A stretch of DNA of 64,000 nt, from NCBI RefSeq assembly GCF_009914755.1, contig NC_060927.1, one strand, 5' to 3'. A program made the position numbers and the translations under genes. Below are positions 30,891 through 44,479 of the stretch, in pieces. This DNA is from the human T2T-CHM13v2.0 reference genome, Homo sapiens. Within the stretch, counting starts at the first letter, position 1; each line of letters opens with the position of its first letter. The notes below the pieces were generated by a model. It was not told the origin of the DNA, searched no databases, and saw only the letters and a program-made list of their open reading frames with translations.

Positions 30891-33800
30891 AAATAGAGGG
30901 AGTATTTGAAGGGATTCTGAGGGTGGCTCTCTGGGATCCCTCAGGGATGACAAATTGTCCTTCTCTGCTCCATGGTCCTTCCACCATCCCATGCCATCCC
31001 ACTCCTCCCACCACCACCCCAGAAAGTAAGGGAGCTGTTTGACATGCATCTCTTTGACAGTGAAGGTTCCTGCTCCATGCAATTTCAGAAGGTAGAAGGC
31101 TTGATGGCATAATGTATGCCAGTGGGGCTTGAAGAGATCCTTTAGTGTGCCTGGAAGAGGAAGGAGGAAGGAGGAAGTGGACATGCCTTCCCCTGTTCTC
31201 TGTGACTTTCAGGCACAGAAGAGGACCCCGATGTCTGCTGGAAGCACAGAGCTTTGTAGAGAGATCACAGGTGTACAGCAACCTGAGTGGGGGCCGAAGG
31301 GACACGCAGCTGCCCCTCTAGGGCAAAAGCATCCCATGAGGGAGCTGGCATGAAGCTGAACATGGCCTCAGGAAACCATGCATACAGCTACAGCAAGATA
31401 GCAGATGCCACGGAACAAAGTGCCACCAGATCAGGACACAGGCACCTCCTACTACTGAGGCTGCTGCTCCCAGCCACAAGAAGAGGAGTTCTTTCTCCTC
31501 CCCGCTGGGGTTGGAGTCGGTGAAGCTGGGATAGACAGTATTAGTTCAGGGAGAAAAAGCTTGTACCTATGAGTAAGGACAGCTAATGATATTGAATTTT
31601 GACAGAATTGTCAACAGAGAAAGCCTAAGACTTTAACAAGAATAGATTACAAAAATCAGTGGACTAGACTAAGATTTAAACAAAAATAGGACAAAAAATA
31701 AGACATATGCTCTGGGTAGATTTTAAGGTTCAAAGAAGTTTTGAGAATATAGCAAGCTTCATTAAAAAAAAATTTGCATGGATCTACTTCAGTCCAACTG
31801 TTACACTTACATTCAAATAGGATTGTTATGATACACTCTTTTGCAACCTGCTATTTTCACTGGGTTATATATCGTGAACATTTGTCCATGTCAATATATA
31901 GTCTTCTACAACATGGTTTTTAATGTCTGTGCAGCATCTACCACATGAATGTATGTGTTTTATTTAAATGGTAGCTTATTGTTAAACACTAAGGCTGTTC
32001 CAATTTTTCAGTATTATAAATAAGTTTGATGTAGAATCTTACACATGTATCTTTTCACACATCTCTGATTGTGCCCATTAGATAAATTCACAGTTAAGGA
32101 ATTGCTGGTGCATGGGGTATTTGTATTTTAAGGCTCTTAACACCCTGTAGAAGGTTTGTGTTGATTTACAATTCCACTAGAAATAATTTTAAAGGCTAAT
32201 TTTCTATTTATCTGTATCTCATTCTGACTCAACAATAAATTGAACTGGCTGAAGGATGCTCATATATCCATCTTTCTTTCATTATTATGTTATACTTAGG
32301 GTGAGTGTAGAACTTAAAATTAGCAACACTAGCAGTGTTTTTTATCCTCAGTTTAGCCACAAAAATGGCCGTGTTGGTGTAATGAGAGTAATAATAATGG
32401 AGTTAACCTTTAAGGAGAACTTACTGTATGGCAAGTAGCATTCACAGTACTTTACAGGTATTAACAGTCCTATGATGTAAGTACTATTATCCTAGTCATT
32501 TTAAAGAAGAGGAAACTGAGTAACCAAAAGGGTAAGTGCCTTGATCAATGTAGCTTTTCAATATTAATATGAATCATTCTTATCTGGATTGTTTCAGTAT
32601 TTCTGTACATGGTGATTCTTTAATTTGCATCAGGTCTTAAAGAATTAAGGTCTTTCTGTTATACAGACTAAACACCGACTCACCACGGACAAAGACACTT
32701 CTGCTCTGAATATGAAATCCTGTGGTTGGATGGTCTTGGGGCCCCCTGTGGCAAAATTCTATAGACCCTGTCCCACACTCTGTCGTGAAAATGGGACTAT
32801 ATTACAGTTCTAATTCCCAAGTACAGCACTGTCACATACTGCCCCAGTCAGTTGTAGAGTTTTCCACAAGTAATTTGTTATAAGTAATTAAGTTCTGAAG
32901 TTTGCAAATGGAGCATTTTTCATGTAAATTGGAGTGGATGTGAGATTATCCTTGCCTAAGGTCACCTCACTCCCACACATTTCCATGTGCTCTCAGAGTA
33001 GGAGAGAAGTGGGTGAAGCCTTTGCAAGGTTGTGGAGGAGTGTTACCAGCCTGCAGCCCATCCTGCCTCTGCACCCGGGGAGTGGGTGGCACATGCATAT
33101 ATGTGGATCTCTGCAGGAAAAGCATGGGGAACCACAACTCCAAATGGAAGGAATAAAAGGAGAGGAAACAATTAAAACAACTGAAGAGTAGGAAAAGGTG
33201 TTTCTGCCTCAACGCAACTGAAAACAAAAATTAGACATTTTCATTCCCAGTCTTCTTTCCTTGATTAGCATCAGGAAGACAGATTTAGTTTCCTACCACC
33301 ACCAACAACAACAACAAAACAAAACAAACAAACAAAAAAGCTATGTGTGCCCAGTAGGGAGAGATGATGAAAGCACCATGTTTCTGTGTTTATGTTTCAG
33401 CATGTCAAAGGGTATCAAGATGGCCATGAAAAGAATGGAACCTCCTAAAATCTTTGTTGTTAAAGAAATGTTTTCCCTTCAATGAACAGCTTGCCAAGGC
33501 CAGATAAGCAGCATGAAAAGCAGAAAAAAAATGCTTCTGTTTGCTTATTTAGAGAGTTGTTCTTAAAAATTCATCTGCTTACAATCTCCAGAAAGAAATT
33601 GCCATCCCTTGCCCATTGGCTGATCGGGAAAGGTCTCTTACAGTGTTAAATTGTCCTTTTTCTTCATTAATCTTTGCACCTTATGTTAAGAATGTTCTTG
33701 CATGCGAGTGAGCAGTTAGGACCACTGTCTGCTAATGAGGTCAAGGTTAAGGACTATAAACCTAATTAGGATCATTAACTGATTGTATTTTATAGTTAGA

Positions 33801-34034
33801 AACTGGACACCTAATCCCAAATAGACATCTTCCAATTTAACGTCTATGTTCTGGGCCAGCACCAGCCTAGCCTCTTCTGGAGAAATAACTCAAAGCAGTG
33901 TCATTTTGGTGTATCTTGGTATGTGAATGGTAAATCACTGTTATTCTCCAATATCAAAGAATAAACATGTTTTTCCCATTTAAGGGCAGCCTCATCAATA
34001 GTATTTCCAACTCTTAAACTCTTCCTATGGTTTT

Positions 34035-34258
34035 CAGGGATGTCCAATCTTTTGGCTTCCTCGAGCCACATTGGAAGAAGAAGAATTGTCTTATGCCACA
34101 CATAAAATACACTAACACTAACAATAGCTGATGAACTTTTTTAAAAATCGCGAAAAAATCTCATAATGTTTTAAGAAAGTTTACGAATTTGTGTTGGGCC
34201 CTATTCAAAGCCATCCTGGGCCACATGTGGCCCTTGGGCTGCAGGTTGGACAAGCTTG
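34035..34258 (+). mobile_element. MER30 (hAT-Charlie)
   Basis: CAGGGATGTCCAATCTTTTGGCTTCC...GGTTGGACAAGCTTG; appears full length. Confidence 0.9.
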
Positions 34259-35976
34259 ATTTATATGGCAGACCCTCCCTGCTTTTGCAGGCATCTTGCC
34301 CCCAATGACTTTTTTTGGGGATTAATATCAAAGGAGCATCTACCTTTTACTCAATAATCCTCTAAATTTTGAGGTGGTCTTTCCAATGCAGGATACATTT
34401 CAAAAAATGTTTCTGCTTTTTTTCCTCTTGAAAAAGGTAACATATTTGCATTATAGAAAACTTTAAAATGCAGAAAAATATAAATAAAAATATTAAATCT
34501 CCCATGGACAAGGTGGGAAGAATTCTTGAAAAGAACTATGACTGAATGATGAGGCAACTTTTTGCACTTAAGTAATTTGATTAAATTATTGACAGTCCCC
34601 AGTGCTTGAATTCTACACTGCAGGAATGACTCCTAACTATCTCTCTGTGCCATTGTTTTTACGTAGTTTTTTAATTTAAAAACTGTTTTGACTGTTTTCT
34701 GTTACATAAATGCCAATCTCTGCTGAGAAATGCCATCAGATGCTTTTCTGTAAATCATAGCACAGAATGTATCCTTCTTTCCAAAACTACTGCCATTAAA
34801 TATTACTGTCCTTGTAATAGAAGAAAGAGAGGGTGATAATTCTAGAAATGAAATATTTCAGAATAATCATGAATGAATGAACAGTAGTATTTACTACTTG
34901 AAGAGACAAAAATAAATTAATGAATTTGGGGATATAGGACTGTTCGTATCTAACATCTAAGATCCATAACCTCCACAAATCATAGCTGTAGAAAACCTTA
35001 TTTCAAAACGGTGTGATGGATAAATAGACTTAAACCATTTTCATCTTTCTTGATTTACCTTGGTAGTGGCAAAATTTAATTATGTTGCCACTCTTAATAA
35101 GTCAAAGTCCTGGGACAACTGATTTGATCTCATGTTTCTACACATATCAGGAAGAAGAAACAGACATTTCTATGACTCTAAAGCAGAGATGCTTCTTTAG
35201 TACAGAATAATGATTTCTAGTTCCACTCCAATTCTAAAATTTTCAAAGAATGGAAGGCGAGAAAAGGAATGAGCAAGAAGGAAAGGAGCAACCAGTCTTT
35301 ATGATAACTTAGGAGAGCTCAGTAGGTAAAGGGTCTGATGCATAGCAGGTGATCAACTCTTCCTTCATTATTGGCAGGCTCCCACAGGCAAGAGCACATC
35401 CTACTGGACCTGAGGAAGAAAATGATCTGTCCATACCCACTGCCTGGAGAATGATCTGTTGCCAGAAGCTGGATGACTTCGGGCCTAGCCAAATGCCAAG
35501 CTATGCTAAGGGAAGTTGGGGTTCTTGTCCTGGAAAATTGCAGAATGGTGAGGAGAATGTATTGTCTAGACACTTGCATTTCTCAGAGGTTGAATGAAAG
35601 TGTATTCCCAGGTTTAATAATAGCCTGGCATCCTGTCCTTATGAATAAGGCATATGTGTCTAACAGAGAAAGTCTTAACCCTTGAGAGGCAGGGTGGCAT
35701 AAGAAAGAACCAGAGACCTATTCGCTGACCCCCGCTTTTGTTCACTTACATACTTGCTGTGTGACCCTGGACAAATCACTTCATCTCTGTGTCTTTGGTT
35801 TCCTAATGAGTGTAATGAGATCCTTTCCAGTTCTAACTTTCTGTGATTCTCCTCATATGTAGGGCTATAAACCACAATGCTGCTTACCAGTCCTGCAAGT
35901 GACATACAGGTAAAGAGTTGCTGCTTGTTGTTTTTTTCAGTTTGGCCGCCACAGACTCCAGGTTTTGTAACAAAAG

Positions 35977-36398
35977 TATATTAGTCCTTTCTTGCACTAC
36001 TATAGAGAAATACCTGAAACCGGGTAATTTATAAAGAAAAGAGATTTAATTGGCTCATGGTTCCACAGGCTCTACAGGAAGCATGGTGCTGCATCTGCTT
36101 CTGGGGAGGCCTCAGGAAGCTTTTACTCATGGTAGACAGCAAAGCCGGAGCGGGCATCTTACATGGTTAGGAGCAGGACCAAGTGTCGGGAGGAGATGCT
36201 ACACATTTTCAAACAACCAGATCTCACAATAACTCACTCGCTCAGGATCAGGAGAACAGCGCTGGGGCGCTTGTGCTAAACCATTCATGAGAACTCTGTC
36301 CCCATGATCCCATCGCCTCCTACCAGGCCCCATTTCCAATATTGGGGATTACAACTGAACATGAGATTTGGGTAAGGACATAGATCCAAAACATATCA
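35977..36398 (-). mobile_element. MaLR solo LTR, MSTA/B-like
   Basis: TATATTAGTCC...GGGTAATTTATAAAGAAAAGAG...CATATCA with 5-bp TSD AAAAG. Confidence 0.9.
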
Positions 36399-36530
36399 AA
36401 AAGCAAATACATATACCATAGCTTTCTTGTTTTCTTCTTCCACTTCACACATAGCAATACTAAAGCTGAGCTTTTTGACAGTGGTGGCAATGGTAAGAAC
36501 AATGACAAATAGGTCACTTCAATAAAGAAA

Positions 36531-37277
36531 TGATAATGAGGTGGGAGAGTTCTCTGGCCCCCCCTTGCAGGGTGTGTGACAAGGGGTGCAGCTCTCTGTT
36601 CGACCTCCATGAGCTCAAACCCCTTACGGGAGGGGGAGTATGCAGACAGGCAGGTGCAGGAATTGGGGCGAGCACTTTTGGGCTCTGGCCCCACAGCAGC
36701 GTCTAGGGGTGGGTGCCTGCAACCCTAGTGTTACAATGCTGTTTTAGCTCTGCCATCCACAGATGGCTTAAGTGTTAACCAGCTCATTGGCCCCTTGGTA
36801 CCCAGGCATCCCAAAAGAATTGGGTCACACACAGACTTGAAGGATGAATGCAGGGGTTTTATTGAGTGGTAGAGGTGGCTCTCAGCAGGATGGATGGGGA
36901 GCTGAAAGTGGCAAGGGAATGGGAAGATGATCTTACCCTGGATTTTGGCCATCCAGTTGCCAAACTCCTCTCTGACTGTCCCCAGCCAAACTCCTCTCAG
37001 CCTTCAGATGCTCCTTCTCTTCTCTCTTTCTCTGCCTCACCTTTCCGCCATTCATCTGTGTGTCTCCTCATCTCCTAGTCTGCCTCTGGAGCCTGGGGTT
37101 TGGGGTTTATATGGGTACAGGTTAGGGGGTATGGTGGGCCAAAGGGCAACTTTTTGGGAGCAAAAACAAGAATGCCTGTCCTCATTTAGGGCCGTGGGTA
37201 TCCAGGCTTGAGGGTGGGGCCTTTGCTGGGGAATCGCCCTCTTCTACCCAGTATTTCCCTGTCTTCTGTCCATATCA
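36531..37277 (-). mobile_element. ERV1 solo LTR, MER50/MER52 group
   Basis: Revcomp starts TGATATGGACAGAAGACAGGGAAATACTGGGTAGAAGAGGGCG. TG...CA ends, flanks GAAA/GCAA. Confidence 0.8.
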
Positions 37278-37399
37278 GCAACTCACTCAAACCTTACTTT
37301 TGAAGTCTCTTTTCTGACTGGATGGTCAGCAGCCTTCACTCTTCAAATAGGAAAGGCCCAAACCAAGGGTTCCCCAACTTGCTCCTCTTTTCATGTCAT

Positions 37400-38150
37400 C
37401 TGGATTAGTAAATGATGCCTCATTCAATCCAGTGCCTCAAGCCAGAAACTGGGAGAGATCCTTGACCTTGCTCTGTCCATCAGTCATCCTGTCCAATCCA
37501 TCACCAAACTGCAAATAGCTTATCCACTTCTCTCAATTTCCACTATGGCAGGCCTTGTCCAAACCTTTATCAATCCTCACTGAGCTAGTGCACAAACTTC
37601 CTGAAGTCTCTCCACACTCACTCCCTCATCCTACCTCCTATCCATTCTCCCCACTGCAAACAAAGCAATCTTTCTAAAATACAATTTGGATCGCTTTATT
37701 CTCATTCTTGAATCTCTTAAGGGGGTATTCCCATTGCATTTAACATGATGTCACCAATCTTTACTCTGGTTTATCAGATCCCACGTGAGCTCTCCAGCTT
37801 CCTCTCCCACTCATTCCCCAACACCATTTCCTCCTCAAGGCTTCCTCATATCTCTCCATATTATGCCCAGGCCCATCCTGGACCCGGCTAACCCTTACTC
37901 ATGCTGTATCTGTCTGTGTAAATGGCATTTCCTCGGACAGGCTTTCTTGACTCCCTCCTCCGAAGTATACCAGGCCCCTTTGTAATCATCACAAATTACA
38001 ATTATGTGTTTGATTGTTCACTTAGTTATAACCCCTTTCTCTCACGAGGTTCCATGAGGGGATAGAGCACTTCTGTCTTCTTCATTACCATAATTCAGTG
38101 CCAACCACAATGGCCAGTCCACTGTATGCAAATGTTTGTGGAATGAATAG
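37400..38150 (+). mobile_element. L2 remnant
   Basis: Pyrimidine-rich L2 sequence ending AAATGTTTGTGGAATGAAT. Confidence 0.7.
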
Positions 38151-38409
38151 CCAGGTGAGGTCCCCTTAATGGAAGTTTCCTTCTTCTGGTTTATTTCCAT
38201 CCTATAAGCTATTATCAGGAGCAACACTGAGGATGATCATTTCTTTGTACGTTTTTCACTTTTGCAAGAGCTCTCCCTATGAAGAGCTTTTCCATTTCAG
38301 CCTAGATAGGCCTTATTTGAAAGTGGCCATCTCTCTTCACACGCACCCTCCTTTGCTTAGAGATGCAGAGAGTTTAAGACTTTGCCAAGGGAGGTATGTC
38401 GTCAAGACA

Positions 38410-38660
38410 CTCGACATGGTGATGTGGAGCAAGGCTCTGGGTCAGTCTCTACTGAGGTTTGAATCTTGGTTTTGTCCCTTTCTAGCTAATCGACTTTGTG
38501 CAACTAACTTGCCTCAGTTTTTTTCAACTCTAAAATATGGATAATAATATAATCTAACCAATAGGTTGTCTTGAGGATTTAATGAAGTAACAAATATAAA
38601 ACGGTTAGTACAATGCCTGGGACATAGCAAGTGCCTGATAAACATTGACTCCTATTAATA
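38410..38660 (+). mobile_element. MIR SINE
   Basis: GGTTTGAATCTTGG...GCCTCAGTTTTTT...TGCCTGGGACATAGCAAGTGC. Confidence 0.8.
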
Positions 38661-39349
38661 TGTTTCACTGAATCCCAGAGGAAAGTTTGTTCACGTGCTG
38701 AGTTCTAGGGCTGGAGAATTTCAGGGAAGGCATCTTTCTTTGTCTTCTGTCTCCCTTTCCCTCTCATTTACTTTACCCTATACCCCCATCCTGATGTGCT
38801 GTGGTCCCAAAAGGCGGCAAGCAAAACTATGATAGACTGTAATTCCCTACCTTAATAATTTGAAGTCATAAGCAGATTTGAAATTTACAAGCCAGCAGTA
38901 TAAAATTGCTGATGACCATTGCTTAAACTTTGGCAAGATGAATTATGTCTAGAAATAATTAGTAATATGTTAGTCAAGTCACTCCTAGATAATGTTGTTG
39001 CATTGCCATTTAGTGACAGTTCAGGAGAGCGCCCTTACAAGAGGCTCTGTAGGCAGAGAGTAGGTGACATTAACCTTCTAAACAGAAGCCGCTGCACACC
39101 GAGTGCCAGAGTACCAAGAAGAATTTAACATTCCACTCCTACCGCCGTCTCCCACTTCCCGGCTTCGGCAAGGTGGTTTTAAAATGAGAAGCACATCCCG
39201 AGTACTCTGTGTAGGTGGTGGAGTGGGAGGAGGTGAAATGCAAGCTTTATTTTCCCGGCTGCCTGTCATCCGATTCCCCGCTTTCCTCCGACTTTCATGA
39301 GTGATGAGGTCATCCCGGTGCAGGAAAATCAAACTCCTATTTTTCAAAC

Positions 39350-39990
39350 CCAATAAAGGCCAGCATTGTACGTCTGCGTAAACAGAGAGGCCAGACGGGC
39401 AGGGTGGCGGGAGGACCAGTGGCCCGCCCTCTGGCGGCCGCGAGAGACAGCGTGCCCCGCGCTCCACCAAGCCGCGACAGGGAGGCGGGGAGGGTGCGTG
39501 CGAACATGTAAGTTAAAATTAGATCAATAGTCAGCTTAGCGGCCTCAATCAATGCTTCGCAGGGAGAGCATGCAACCATCTATTTATAAGCTAACACCGG
39601 CATTATCTTCCTCTTTTAGGACGCAGAGATCCATTACTGCGCGCGGCGGGGAAGAGGACGCCGCCGGGAGCTGGTGCGTGACACACTGCAGCCTCGCGGG
39701 CTGCCCGGGACTTCATCAAGCCCGGGTCGGCTCGGGGCGGGCAGGGGTAGGATCCATACCGCCGAACTGCGGCCCCGCTGCTCGCAGCCGCTCTTCCGGG
39801 AGCGCCCGCTTAGGACTCACTCCCGCCCATTCCTTACCTCGATGGAATCCTTAGCCCTTAGAGAGAGGGCTAAAAAACAAATAAACAAACAACAGACAAA
39901 CAAAAAAAAAACCAAATTCCAAATGGCCCCCGGACCCTCCCGCAGATGCAGGGCGCACACTGGCCAGTTCTAACCATAGACTTGACTGCA
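39350..39990. promoter_or_regulatory. Isolated CpG island (candidate promoter or enhancer)
   Basis: The only extended non-repeat GC- and CpG-dense segment in an otherwise CpG-depleted window. Contains GC boxes, CCAATAAA (39350), GTAAACA and CTATTTATAA motifs. Confidence 0.85.
39421..39441 (-). promoter_or_regulatory. CTCF motif
   Basis: Revcomp CGGCCGCCAGAGGGCGGGCC matches the CTCF core CCRSYAGRKGGCR. Confidence 0.7.
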
Positions 39991-40699
39991 TGTTGACAAG
40001 GGTTTCCAACCTAGCTTCCCCGAGGTACTGCATGAATCAGTCCTTGCTCAGATGGTGGTTGCTGTAAATAGCTGCAATTTCCCTCCTTCCGTCTCAAAGC
40101 ACGGATGGGAATGGATTTGCAGCAGGGACTCTGCATTATATTTAAGGTCTTGGTGAGATGGACACGGGCTCCATCAGCTCCAGACTTCCTGGGACATCTC
40201 GGCATTTCCAGGTCCGTTTGCCCCAATGGTGGAAGTCACCGCCCATATATGAGGAAATAAATGTCCACACCTAGCATTTGGGATAACGTGGCTAAATTGT
40301 TTTCAGTTTTTGAAAGACGCTGCAGAAAAAGAGGCAAAACCTGATACAGCACAGCAGCATGCCCCTCCCGCCCCCAAATACGAGATCGAATCACATTTTT
40401 AAGGGAAAAAATAGGCATTCTCATCTTAGATATGTATGTAGCATATTTTATAATATATATTTTTATCTAAAAATTATGCTTTTCTGTATTTTACAACTTT
40501 CTTTATTAAGCATTTTTATTTTGTGCTATTTTTTACAGTAAAAACTCTGAAGACCCAAAGAAATTTAATATTAGCTTAAATGTACATTAGATATATTTAT
40601 AGAATCAATTTATTAGCTGCTATATTGTTTGACATAAAAGGCTTTTGAACTAAAGATAGAAATGGAAGCATTCTTCATTTAGAAACAACCTTTCTCCTC

Positions 40700-41490
40700 T
40701 TCTTCCAACTCTTGTTGGCTTACCTCCAAAATATATCCTGCATCTGTCTTTCTCACCACCTAGACTGCTCCTAGTTTAGTTACTGGTCACCCTTCATCAT
40801 CATTCACCTGGATTGCAAAAATAGCCTCTTGTCTGGTTTTCCTGAATTCATTTTCTCCCCACTGCAGTCCTCACTTGCCACATAGCATTTTAAAAGATTG
40901 CTCTTTTAAAATGGAAATCAAATCCTATCTCTTCTCTTTTTAGAACCTTCAGTGCCTTCCCATGGCACCTTGATTAGACCCCAAGTTCTTCACCATAGCC
41001 AAAATGTAATGTGCCATCTGCCCCATCCACCCTCGCTCATCGCTCCTCATCTCATATCACTTTTTCACTTGTCACAGCATGCTTTTACATATCCCTTCTT
41101 TCAGATCCAAAGCCCCACAAGCTTATTTCTGTCTCCTAATCCCAGCTCTTGCTATTCATTCAGTGTGGAAGATCTCCTTCATAAATTCTTCGCAAATCTA
41201 CTTCATTCTTATTCCAGCCTCAGCTCAGGTATCAGAGCTGACCACCTTCTGTCCCAACCCTCAACTGTACTCATTATCACATTACCCTATTCCATTTCAA
41301 CACAGTAATTAATTGACATTATTTTATATATCCATGGCATTACCAGGGTGTTCTCTGTCTCCACACACTAGAATGTAAGCCCCATGAAAACAGGCTCCTT
41401 GTCTTTCTTGTACACCGTGATCTCTCTGGGTTCTAGAATAGTGCCTGGTCCATAGTTGGAAATCAGTAAGTATTGATTAAATAAATTATT
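40700..41490 (+). mobile_element. L2 remnant
   Basis: CTCCAAAATATATCC...CTAGAATGTAAGCCCCATGA...TAGAATAGTGCCTGG. Confidence 0.75.
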
Positions 41491-42899
41491 GAGTGTGATT
41501 TCCTAGTGTCTTGTTTGTAAAATGCCACTAATAGCATTCTGCATACTCTGCCATGAGTTTTATAGTTATTTTTATGCCCATATGCTTCCTCCTCTCTAGT
41601 GTGAACTCTACGAGGCAGGATCATATTTAGTTCATTTTATTCTCCATGTCCTTATGGAGTCTGGCACATTACAGATGTTTAATACATTTTCTGGACTGAG
41701 TTGCAATGAGTAAATGGGTAATAAGATGATATAGTATGACTTTACACCAAGTCTAACCTTTCACCTGGGGACATGCAAAATTATTATGTATCCAGAGGAA
41801 CAGGTTGTTGCTTTGACCCCTGTAACATCGCATACACATACACATGGACACACATACACTTGTTCTCGATATTTTCAAAGACTGTTCATATCCATTATTT
41901 TATTTGATCTCCAAGCTGGTATGTATAAGCAGAAGCTCAGGGGCATTAATTGACCTGCTCAAGCTTACATAGCTAATATAAAGCAGAGACAGGGATAGAG
42001 CTTACTACTTTCAAACACCCACAAATATGCACACATAAAAACACACACACACATTTCCACATTTGCCATTGTGGCTTAGTTCAAATGGGATCATAAATGC
42101 AAAGTACTTTGAATGGAATCTGGTATGACAGCCTTCCAATACACAGCCATTCCTTTCTCTTGGCCATGCTACAGTTGCCATAATCTTCCTATTCCTAGAA
42201 AGAAGAATTCTTCTATCTTCACTTTGTTCTTTTTCTTACTAGTCTGATCTCCAGGGTCATCCTTATTGTGAAATTTTAATGCATAATATTAATTGGACAT
42301 GTTCACAAACATGAGCAATAGTAAATGGATTTTTGCTAACTAGCAACCTATTGCTCTTCTAACTTTTATTCTGAATACAAACCAAAGAGAAACAGTTGTG
42401 AATACCTACTAGCACACAGCTTAGCTTAAGTCATATAGTGCAGTGTCAATGAGGAAAGCTTATCATCCACAAACAAACACTAAACATAGCACAGCCAGCG
42501 GGGACAAACAATGTGCAAAATTAGTTTTATTATAGGCAAAAAAAAAGAATGCGAGCGCATTTTGATCATTCATTCATTGTTGCATTCATTTTATGTGCCA
42601 AGCACACTGTACAAAATTTGGGAACAGAGCGGCAAGCAAAAATAAATGAGGTCTCTACTGATACGGGTCTTGTGGAAAAGAAAGACTTAAACCAAAGAAT
42701 CACAAAACAGAGATCAATGCTGTGAGTGGGTAAAACAGGAGGAATGGACATAGTCAGAGAATTCAGGGGAGAAGTCCTTGAGGAAGTGACGACTAGGCTT
42801 AGCTATGTTTTGAATTCAGTTATGGCCCAATGTCTCCAATGGTTACTAAAGAAAGAAGAAATGACCAAAGAAATAAATAATAATGGTGACTACCTTTAA

Positions 42900-43915
<1,016 letters not shown>

Positions 43916-44479
43916 GGGTACTCATTATGTTCCAGGAAATGTACTAAGTGTCTTAACAGAGGACCTCATTTTACTTTCATAATTCTGAGAAGTACTCATT
44001 TTACAGGTGAGAAAACCAAGGTGTAGGGAGTTTTAACAACTTACTCAAGGTTGCATGGCTAGTAACTGATAGAGATGGAATTAAAAGTCAAGTAATGTAA
44101 TTCTATCACCCTGGTTATTAATCAAAATGTAAGAGTGCCTCCCTAAGAGAGACTGGGATGAGGAGGTGTTGGTGCTGAGAGTGAAAATAATATCTATCAT
44201 TTATTGAGGGTCTACCAGTCACTGCCCTAGATTTTCTCATTAATTTTATTTCATTCTGACATCAACCCTATTAGATACATATTATTGTTCTTTCATTATA
44301 GATGAGGAAACTAAAACTCAGAGAAGTTATGTAACTAACTAAAGTTTGAACAGTTAATAATTAGAAGTTAAAATTCAAACCCAGAGTGCTTCATCGCCAA
44401 AGCTATGGCTTATTGCTTCTCAGATAAGAATGTTAAACTTCAAAATATATTTCTTATAAAGAACCTTTAATTGAGTCTT

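Noticed and set aside
30853-31523. 150-aa minus-strand ORF and its neighbours
   Set aside because: Low-information sequence running into an L1 tail, with no splice or domain support.
39350-39990. Assigning a gene symbol or locus to the CpG island
   Set aside because: I do not recognise the sequence with confidence; a BLAT search is needed.
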